Below are positions 19,901 through 26,549 of a stretch of DNA of 64,000 nucleotides, one piece after another (the first letter of the stretch is position 1; each line of letters starts with the position of its first letter). Made by a program: the position numbers and the translations under genes. The DNA is taken from IMG/VR virus record IMGVR_UViG_3300025887_000009; one strand, given 5' to 3'. This DNA comes from a virus. Lineage: Duplodnaviria > Heunggongvirae > Uroviricota > Caudoviricetes. The notes beneath the pieces were generated by a model, which saw only the letters and a list, made by a program, of their open reading frames with translations, was not told the DNA's origin and ran no database searches.

Positions 19901-20154
19901 CATACTTATTCGAACCTAACGATAAGATCACAAGGGACGAAATTAAGCAGGCAGCAGAAAGCTTGTGCTTAGAACTTGTAGGTTTACGCGCACTATATGA
20001 CTATCTAGTTGTATGTGACGAGTCAAACAACACACCATCGAGAATTGATAGAAATGAGCTGTATCTGGACATTGCTATCGAGCCAGTCAAGGCAGTTGAA
20101 TTTATCTATATCCCACTAAGGTTGAAAAACACTGGTGAGATTTCAGGGCTTTGA
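16906..20154 (+). CDS. 18: tail sheath protein (1082 aa, extended)
   Basis: N-terminus 'MALVSPGVEVSVIDESFY...' follows the conserved sheath start (T4 gp18 'MTLLSPGIELKET'). RBS AAAGGGAGA. Confidence 0.8.
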   Translation: MALVSPGVEVSVIDESFYTPAEPGTVPLIFVATASNKANPSGTGTAPGTLAANAGRPYLLTSQRDLAETFGDPSFKTDSNNNPIHAGELNEYGLQAAYSLLGVSNRAYVVRADVDLSELEASATAPAGSPADGTYWFDTQNTKFGIFEWNGNPQTTTGGQSFTVKEVTVITDATKVDSFGAPKTSVGAIGDYVLLATTTLNKLYFKNTAGTWVEVGASDWAASWPTVRGTVSNPTLLTGETIIINGTTVTLAGTLLSNLANDINDAGIAGVTAAAVDGSIEIYSTGVDVIVSEGSNELMADVGLTAGTFYAPSVTISRHTQVPEYKLNDTNPRPTGSIWSKTTEPNAGARWRVKVYNADTQLFEDVEAPLYSSGSAAIYALDAAGGGLNLPVGTLYAKYNDSEENPVFTNYKLYRRRAAGPTSIRSGVISTGISAGAFSFDIQEGILTSGELAAAITVSGTATGASSDADVIAGAINSAGFVNITATVDAQNRVTISHKLGGDFRLVDSGTVLTEMGYTAYVDANSGTTNLYAAPAGDSTNTLVATNWQVLSYTASESAPTALTVDGRLWYSSVVDDVDVMVHNGTTWVGYQDSTSPFYSVTEDEKTDPAGPIVSATEPTLQSDGTALKNGDLWIDTADIENYPTIYKYNDVLADWELVDKSDQTTEDGILFADARYNTSGANSNTAGEIVDLLASNFVDFDAPDPALYPKGMLLWNLRRSGFNVKRFARNYVNTSSDNIRFSDESMSGYYANRWVTESANEADGSGAFGRKAQRKVVVQALQATVNSNQEIRDDESRIFNLMATPGYPELIGEMISLNFDRGLTAFIVADSPARLTPDATSLNEWGTNVAQAVEDNDDGLVSRDEYMGVYYPWGFTSDNFGNNVVVPPSHMMLRTIALSDQVSYPWFAPAGTRRGGITNATSTGYVTSEGEFNAIALNEGQRDTLYSVDVNPITFITGAGLVAFGQKTRARSASSLDRINVVRLVVYLRSQLKRLSKPYLFEPNDKITRDEIKQAAESLCLELVGLRALYDYLVVCDESNNTPSRIDRNELYLDIAIEPVKAVEFIYIPLRLKNTGEISGL

Positions 20155-20189
20155 TAGGCATAAATAGTAGCAACAAGGAGAGAATTTAA

Positions 20190-20822
20190 ATGGCAATCTC
20201 AACACTATCAAAAATTACTGTTCCACTAGCGAGCGACCAATCCGCGGTCGCTCAGGGACAGCTAATGCCAAAGCTACAGTATCGCTTTCGAGTGATACTG
20301 GAGAACTTTGGAGTAAGTACGCCAAGAACAGAACTTACTAAGCAAGTTATGGACGTAACCCGTCCTAACTTAACTTTCGAAGAGATCACAATTGACGTGT
20401 ATAACTCACGTTCGTATCTTGCAGGAAAACACACTTGGGATCCAATCACGCTTAACTTGCGCGATGACGTAGGTGGCAACGTGCAGAAACTCGTAGGCGA
20501 GCAAAACCAGAAGCAGTTCGATTTCTTCGAACAAGCATCAGCAGCATCTGGTATTGACTATAAGTTTACAACACGCATTGAGATCCTAGACGGTGGTAAC
20601 GGAGCGTTTGACGCAACTGTACTTGAAACATTTGAACTATATGGTTGTTTTGTACAAAACACCAACTGGAACTCATTAGCTTACAACAGCAATGAACCAG
20701 CAACTGTTACACTTGCAATTCGTTACGACAACGCAATCCAGTCACCACAAGGATCTGGCATTGGTACAAATGTTGGACGTACAACAAATACACTTATTAC
20801 AGGTGGCGGCGGCGCTATCTAA
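20190..20822 (+). CDS. tail tube protein (putative)
   Basis: 210-aa ORF immediately after the sheath gene with RBS AAGGAGAGA. Followed by a strong terminator. Confidence 0.55.
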   Translation: MAISTLSKITVPLASDQSAVAQGQLMPKLQYRFRVILENFGVSTPRTELTKQVMDVTRPNLTFEEITIDVYNSRSYLAGKHTWDPITLNLRDDVGGNVQKLVGEQNQKQFDFFEQASAASGIDYKFTTRIEILDGGNGAFDATVLETFELYGCFVQNTNWNSLAYNSNEPATVTLAIRYDNAIQSPQGSGIGTNVGRTTNTLITGGGGAI

Positions 20823-20841
20823 TAATAGTTACAAGCAAAAT

Positions 20842-20870
20842 AAAAGGGGCCATGTGCCCCTTTTATTATG
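20842..20870 (+). terminator. rho-independent terminator after tail tube gene
   Basis: AAAAGGGGC-CATGT-GCCCCTTTT, then ATTATG...TTTTT. Confidence 0.75.
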
Positions 20871-20884
20871 ACTACTTTTTCTGA

Positions 20885-20892
20885 TATAAATA
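20885..20892 (+). promoter_or_regulatory. T4 late promoter consensus TATAAATA, 4 nt before ATG 20897
   Basis: gaTATAAATAcaatATG, just after the tube-gene terminator. Confidence 0.5.
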
Positions 20893-20896
20893 CAAT

Positions 20897-22039
20897 ATGT
20901 CAAATTTTTTAAATGGATTCTTAGATAACTTATTAAACGGGGCATTATCTCCGCGAGGCGATTTATCTGACTACAAACACGCTTCGTATCTATACAACCA
21001 GAACTCGTTTGCTTTAGCACCGAGACATAAATTTCTTTATCACGTTGTATTTGAACCATCAGCTGAGGCATTAAATTATATGCCTCAATTAAGTAACAGA
21101 AATAGAGAAGAAATCAACATGCTAGTTAAGTCTGTTGACTTGCCTCAATTTAATGCAGAGATTGAAACAAAGAATCAATACAATCGTAAAAAGAATGTAC
21201 AAACAGCTATTTCTTATGATCCTGTTCAAATAGTATTTCATGATGACAATGTAGGCATTACTACATCATTGCTAGAAGCATATTATCGTTATTATTACGA
21301 AGACGGAAACTTACTTGGTAATGCATCTGCATATGATCCAAGGTCCACGTACAAGTCATCACAGTTAGCAAAGATTAACTACGGTATGACTAACAAAGCG
21401 CAAGTGCCATTTTTTAGAAGAATTACCGTATTCCAATTAGCTAGACAAAGATTTACAGGATTTACATTAGTTAATCCGATTATTACAAATTGGGGCCACG
21501 ACTCATTAGATAACGCAGATAGTCAACCAACAGCAAACACTATACGAGTAGCATACGAAGCTGTGCACTATACTCGAGGAAATGCAGGCGAAGATAGTCC
21601 TGCTGGTTTTGCTAAATCGCACTACGACAAACAACCAAGTTCGATTAGATCAACAACAAGTGATTTTGGAAACGGTGGCGTGCTCGGTACTGTAGGTGAT
21701 ATTCTAACCGACGTTACAACAGGAAACACTGGTCTAAGTACAGTTCTTAAAGGAATTGATTTGTTTAGAAATTCAAAAACATTAACTTCTGACAGATTAC
21801 GAACAGACGGTGTAAGAATACTTGAAAACTTTGCATCAACTGCAATACGTTCTGCTCCGTTGTTTATTAATTCTAATACATCAACTAATTCGTTAAGCGG
21901 AATAGCAAACACATCGTTTCCTAAAAGTGCAGGACCTGGTGCAAGAGCGAGTCAAACGACTAGCCAAGGCGGATCAGTTGATACTGCTAGCTCGTCGTAT
22001 GCTGCAAGAATAGCCCAAGCAAGAGAGAACAATAGATAA
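20897..22039 (+). CDS. hypothetical late protein (380 aa)
   Basis: ORF starts right after a TATAAATACAATATG motif. S/T/N-rich C-terminus. Confidence 0.5.
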   Translation: MSNFLNGFLDNLLNGALSPRGDLSDYKHASYLYNQNSFALAPRHKFLYHVVFEPSAEALNYMPQLSNRNREEINMLVKSVDLPQFNAEIETKNQYNRKKNVQTAISYDPVQIVFHDDNVGITTSLLEAYYRYYYEDGNLLGNASAYDPRSTYKSSQLAKINYGMTNKAQVPFFRRITVFQLARQRFTGFTLVNPIITNWGHDSLDNADSQPTANTIRVAYEAVHYTRGNAGEDSPAGFAKSHYDKQPSSIRSTTSDFGNGGVLGTVGDILTDVTTGNTGLSTVLKGIDLFRNSKTLTSDRLRTDGVRILENFASTAIRSAPLFINSNTSTNSLSGIANTSFPKSAGPGARASQTTSQGGSVDTASSSYAARIAQARENNR

Positions 22040-22401
22040 TGTCAAACTATGAAAATAAACCTTCTGATAGCGCAACCGAAGTTAAAGAATTCTATGACAG
22101 ATATTTTGTTAAAAGAATATCATATCCGGCTGCTGAAGTAGATGCAGTTTTTAATTTCTTTACAAAGCGTAATTTTGAAGAACAAGCTGCCCGCGCAGTT
22201 AGTTCAGTTCTTTTAGAGCAGGCTAAACTAGACGGAATTAAAGTGTTTAAATTGTTAGACACACTTAAAGGATTGTCCGAAGTGCAATTAAGTTCAGTAG
22301 TTACAGAAATACTTAACTACAATCGCCCGCGTTCTAGCACACTTGGTTATAGAGTTGAGAACCAGTCACAGTTTAATGAGTTACGCAACATAATACTATA
22401 A
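22039..22401 (+). CDS. hypothetical protein (120 aa)
   Basis: ORF overlapping the previous stop by ATAATG. Confidence 0.45.
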   Translation: MSNYENKPSDSATEVKEFYDRYFVKRISYPAAEVDAVFNFFTKRNFEEQAARAVSSVLLEQAKLDGIKVFKLLDTLKGLSEVQLSSVVTEILNYNRPRSSTLGYRVENQSQFNELRNIIL

Positions 22402-22838
22402 TGTCTAGATTTGCACAAGGAAAATTTACGCCAAAGAATCCTGAAAAATATATTGGCAAAAAGACTCCTACGTACAGATCAGGCTGGGAATTCACGTTTA
22501 TGAAATTCTGCGACGAGAATCCTAATATACAACAATGGGCAAGTGAAGCAATACGCATACCTTACAAGAATCCTTTTACAGGTAAGAACACAGTATATGT
22601 GCCAGACTTCTTTATATCTTATACAGACCAAAAAGGTATCGATCACGTTGAACTAATAGAAGTCAAACCAAAAAATCAAGCAATACAAGAACAAGTGGGC
22701 AAGAACAAAAGCAATCAAGCACAGTATGCGCTAAATCAAGTAAAGTGGGCAGCGGCACAGGCATGGTGTAAGCAACAACGTATAAAATTCCGTATTGTTA
22801 CCGAGGACGATATCTTCGGTGGCGGTCGGAGAAGATAA
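22401..22838 (+). CDS. possible PD-(D/E)xK nuclease-like protein
   Basis: 'VYVPDFFISY...HVELIEVKP' resembles a D...ExK nuclease core. Weak call. Confidence 0.35.
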   Translation: MSRFAQGKFTPKNPEKYIGKKTPTYRSGWEFTFMKFCDENPNIQQWASEAIRIPYKNPFTGKNTVYVPDFFISYTDQKGIDHVELIEVKPKNQAIQEQVGKNKSNQAQYALNQVKWAAAQAWCKQQRIKFRIVTEDDIFGGGRRR

Positions 22839-22863
22839 CTAAATACACTTGGAGAAATAGCGT

Positions 22864-23016
22864 ATGTTTAAATGCAAAAATTGCGAGCGAGATTGTCATT
22901 GCGGCAGTCCGTTGTTTGAAGAAGCACGTAACTGGCGGGAAGAACGCCTAGGCGAACGAAAAGTTTGTAACGAATGCGACTGCAAAAACTGCAACAAAGA
23001 GGCATCCGAATTATGA
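22864..23016 (+). CDS. small Cys-rich zinc-ribbon protein (50 aa; below ORF-track cut-off)
   Basis: ATG at 22864 with GGAG 8 nt upstream. 'CKNCERDCHCG...CNECDCKNCN'. Stop overlaps the next ATG (ATGA). Confidence 0.4.
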   Translation: MFKCKNCERDCHCGSPLFEEARNWREERLGERKVCNECDCKNCNKEASEL

Positions 23017-23531
23017 CACGTAAATTAGAAGAACTTTTAAACCTTCCTGATTCAAAAGATGTAGTCGACGAAGAGCTCAAAAAGAAACAAGCAGAAGCGC
23101 TTGCTGAAAAGAAACGTAAGAAAAGTAAAGCATCAAAAGCGTTAACAACTTATGAGCAGCTTGATAAGATTACTTCGGCACTGCCGAGAGTTAAAGGACT
23201 TAATAACAAAGGCGATGAAGAAATCGACGACATTGCAGAACGTGCGTTAAAGTCATATGAAGACCTAATGGATCTTGGTATGAATGTAGAACAGCGCTAT
23301 GCAGGTAGAATATTTGAAGTAGCAGGATCAATGCTTAAAACAAGTCTAGATGCAAAGACAGCAAAGCTAGACAAAAAATTAAAGATGGTCGATTTGCAAC
23401 TTAAGAAAGAAAAGCAAGACAATGACTTGCGAGCTAAAGAAACCAACAACGGAGTAGTTAACGGCGACGGTGTAGTTATTACAGATCGTAACAGCTTACT
23501 AGCCAGCATTAAAGGCAACGCTGCTAAATAG
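23013..23531 (+). CDS. hypothetical coiled-coil protein
   Basis: Translationally coupled to the small Cys-rich ORF. K/E-rich. ORF track's alternative start is 22974. Confidence 0.45.
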   Translation: MTRKLEELLNLPDSKDVVDEELKKKQAEALAEKKRKKSKASKALTTYEQLDKITSALPRVKGLNNKGDEEIDDIAERALKSYEDLMDLGMNVEQRYAGRIFEVAGSMLKTSLDAKTAKLDKKLKMVDLQLKKEKQDNDLRAKETNNGVVNGDGVVITDRNSLLASIKGNAAK

Positions 23532-23547
23532 CTATAAGGGGATTACA

Positions 23548-24120
23548 ATGAAGAAGTTTTTAGAATATATAGTCGAAAGTGAAAAGAAATATGAATTTAA
23601 GATTCGTATTGCTGGTCACGACATACCGACTGACAGAGTAAGCAAGTTAGAAACAGCATTGCAAAAGTACGAGTTAGTGTCATTTGCATCTGGCAGGAAA
23701 ACACCAATACAAGAAAATCCGTTACACTTTCCGCAAATTCAAAATTGCGAAGTAATGACATATGATGCTGTATTAAAATACCCTGCAACAGCAACAATCT
23801 TGCAAAAGTATCTAGCTGATACAATTGGATTAGCAGAGACACATGTTCTTGTAACATCTGCAACTGAGCCTTTTGAAGAGCTTGCAAATCCAGCAGCTAA
23901 AAGCGACACATACGAGCCGATCCTTTCTAAAACAGAAATGGAAGATGCTGACCCCGATGCACAAAGCAAAGTAGGCTCAAACAGAGTAATGGACTTGCTT
24001 AAAGAACTAGAGCAAGCAAGAGCAGAACGCACTACAGGTAATCCAACAGAAGGAACTCCAGTAGGCGACAGCACAGATATATCCCCAATAGTAAACACCG
24101 ATTCGGTAGTAGGAGGTTAA
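23548..24120 (+). CDS. hypothetical protein (190 aa)
   Basis: ORF with RBS AAGGGGATTACAATG. Confidence 0.45.
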   Translation: MKKFLEYIVESEKKYEFKIRIAGHDIPTDRVSKLETALQKYELVSFASGRKTPIQENPLHFPQIQNCEVMTYDAVLKYPATATILQKYLADTIGLAETHVLVTSATEPFEELANPAAKSDTYEPILSKTEMEDADPDAQSKVGSNRVMDLLKELEQARAERTTGNPTEGTPVGDSTDISPIVNTDSVVGG

Positions 24121-24121
24121 C

Positions 24122-24955
24122 ATGGATAACCAAAAAGACATTTTTAAAGCTTTAATTCAAGCAGTAAAATCAAACGACGTAGACACTAAGCCAGCAAAGC
24201 AACTAAACGAAGCGGCAGCAGCAAATATCAGTCTTACAGGCGACAGCGCGGCAGAAGTAGAACAACTAATGCGTATGTTCAAAAATGCAGGAATGCCAGA
24301 TGCAGCGCCGGCGCCGATGTCTATTCAATCAGGCGAAGAAGAATCATGTGGGTCAGGCAGTGAAGAAGATCCTGAATCAATATCGATAGCAATGGGCGAC
24401 ATGGAAGACGAGCACGAAAATGGCGAATATGACAGCCAGTCTAACGAAGAATATGAAAATGAGCCAAATGACGAGTACCAAGACAACGAGTATATGCAAC
24501 ATGATTTAGCTGGCGGTATTAACAAGCCGAAGAAAATGTATGCAAAAGCACAAGATGGTGACAACGCAATGGCAGTTGAAACTATTAAGCAGTCTCTTTT
24601 GAAAGCACTTAGTGAAAAGATGCAAGATGACAAAGTCGCCGAAGCAAGCAAACCGTCATGGGAAAAAGAAGGCAGCTGGTCAAAGAATATAAAGAAGAAG
24701 CAAGACGAATATCTTCCTAAGAGTTCAAAGAAGCCAGTTGCTAAAGAAAAGAATACAACTGAAGCTTCAAAAGAAACGAAGTTTTCAGGCTATTCAAAAG
24801 GCAATAATAAAAAAGGGCATCCAGACCAAGGCAAGCTTGTTGGAGAGAGCAAAGAAGTTAACGATATTGTTAAACTTGCCCTAACAGAAGTAAACGCACC
24901 TTCTGCAAACAAAACACAACATGCACTGGACCTTAAGAAACTAGCAGGTATCTAA
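24122..24955 (+). CDS. acidic hypothetical protein, C-terminal ...DLKKLAGI (scaffold-like tail motif)
   Basis: RBS GGAGG. Acidic middle. The C-terminus matches the scaffold C-terminus ...DLRRLAGLK. Confidence 0.5.
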   Translation: MDNQKDIFKALIQAVKSNDVDTKPAKQLNEAAAANISLTGDSAAEVEQLMRMFKNAGMPDAAPAPMSIQSGEEESCGSGSEEDPESISIAMGDMEDEHENGEYDSQSNEEYENEPNDEYQDNEYMQHDLAGGINKPKKMYAKAQDGDNAMAVETIKQSLLKALSEKMQDDKVAEASKPSWEKEGSWSKNIKKKQDEYLPKSSKKPVAKEKNTTEASKETKFSGYSKGNNKKGHPDQGKLVGESKEVNDIVKLALTEVNAPSANKTQHALDLKKLAGI

Positions 24956-26539
24956 ATGTCAAAGTCGTTAGACGGCGTACTGATTAAAAAAGCCAATCAG
25001 AAGGAATCATACACTGAAAAAGAAGTTGGAGAACTTATAAAGTGTATGGATCCTGATGATGGCTATTTGTATTTTTCTAGAAATTTCGCATATATTCAAC
25101 ACCCTGTAAAAGGTAAGTTGTTATTTGCTCCATATGAATATCAGCTAGGATTAATGGACAGTTATCACAGCTTTAGATTTAATATTAATATGATGCCTAG
25201 ACAAACGGGTAAAACTACTTGTGCTGCTATCTATCTTGCATGGTATGCAATGTTTAATCCAGACCAAACTATTCTAATTGCTGCTCACAAATACACAGGT
25301 GCGCAGGAAATTATGTCACGTATACGATTTGTATACGAAAGTTGCCCTGATCATATTAGAGCCGGGGTTACAAGCTATAACAAAGGTTCTATTGAATTTG
25401 AAAATGGATCACGTATTGTAAGCCAAACAACAACAGGCAACACAGGACGTGGTATGTCTATTTCGTTATTATATTGTGACGAATTTGCATTTGTGCAACC
25501 TAACATTGCTGAAGAATTTTGGACTTCAATTTCACCTACACTAGCAACAGGTGGACGTGCAATTCTTACAAGCACGCCTAACTCAGATGAAGATACATTT
25601 GCTACTATATGGAAAGGTGCAGAACAAAAGTTTGACGAGCACGGCAACGAGAGCGACGTAGGAGTCAACGGGTTTCACTCGTTTATATCAACATGGGACG
25701 AACATCCAGATAGAGACGAAGCGTGGAAAGCTACCGAAGTTGGAAGAATTGGTGAAGAGAAATTCCGTCGTGAATACGGCTGTGAATTCCTTGTATTTGA
25801 TGAGACTCTTATTCACGCAATTAAGCTTGCTGAAATGGAAGGCATATCTCCTATACTTAATATGGGACAAACACGCTGGTATAAGAAGCCAAAGAAACAA
25901 TATTCTTATGTTGTAGCACTCGACCCTAGTATGGGAACCGGTGGCAACAATGCAGCTATACAAATTATCGAAGTTCCTACTTACATACAAGTAGGAGAAT
26001 GGATGCACAACGACACAGGCATACCTGGGCAGATACGAGTACTAAAAGACATCTGCACGTACATTGCAGATAGATGTAAAAATAATGGAGAAAATGTATA
26101 CTGGTCTGTTGAAAATAACGGACTTGGAGAAGCAGCTCTAATTGTAATTGATGATTTTGGAGAAGAAACTATTCCCGGAATGTTCCTCTCAGAGCCTGCA
26201 CGAAAAGGGCACGTTCGTAAATTCCGTAAAGGTTTTAACACGACTCACGGGCATAAGATCTCGTCGTGTTCTAAGTTAAAAACGATGGTAGAAAATAATA
26301 AATTTACCATTAATTCAAAGCCACTTATTTCTGAATTAAAAAACTTTGTAGCAACTGGATCTTCGTATCAAGCTAAGTCGGGACAAACAGACGACTTGGT
26401 TTCTGCAATCTTGTTAACCTTACGAATGCTAACAGTAATGAAAGACTGGGATGCAAAGATTTATAACACCTTCACACAACTTGACGAGGATGAGAAATAC
26501 GACGTTGCTCCGATGCCAATGTTTATCAGTATAACTTAA
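24956..26539 (+). CDS. 17: terminase large subunit
   Basis: Walker A 'MPRQTGKTT'. Classic T4 gp17-like ATPase N-domain and nuclease C-domain layout. Confidence 0.9.
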   Translation: MSKSLDGVLIKKANQKESYTEKEVGELIKCMDPDDGYLYFSRNFAYIQHPVKGKLLFAPYEYQLGLMDSYHSFRFNINMMPRQTGKTTCAAIYLAWYAMFNPDQTILIAAHKYTGAQEIMSRIRFVYESCPDHIRAGVTSYNKGSIEFENGSRIVSQTTTGNTGRGMSISLLYCDEFAFVQPNIAEEFWTSISPTLATGGRAILTSTPNSDEDTFATIWKGAEQKFDEHGNESDVGVNGFHSFISTWDEHPDRDEAWKATEVGRIGEEKFRREYGCEFLVFDETLIHAIKLAEMEGISPILNMGQTRWYKKPKKQYSYVVALDPSMGTGGNNAAIQIIEVPTYIQVGEWMHNDTGIPGQIRVLKDICTYIADRCKNNGENVYWSVENNGLGEAALIVIDDFGEETIPGMFLSEPARKGHVRKFRKGFNTTHGHKISSCSKLKTMVENNKFTINSKPLISELKNFVATGSSYQAKSGQTDDLVSAILLTLRMLTVMKDWDAKIYNTFTQLDEDEKYDVAPMPMFISIT

Positions 26540-26546
26540 TAAATAC
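26539..26546 (+). promoter_or_regulatory. late-promoter-like ATAAATAC, 3 nt before ATG 26550
   Basis: taATAAATACaatATG. Same 13-mer as at 416 and 20897. Confidence 0.4.
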
Positions 26547-26549
26547 AAT

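Noticed and set aside
23597-24098. Antisense ORFs 23597..23887- and 23739..24098-
   Set aside because: They are embedded in a plus-strand gene (23548..24120) that fits the operon spacing. No independent signals.
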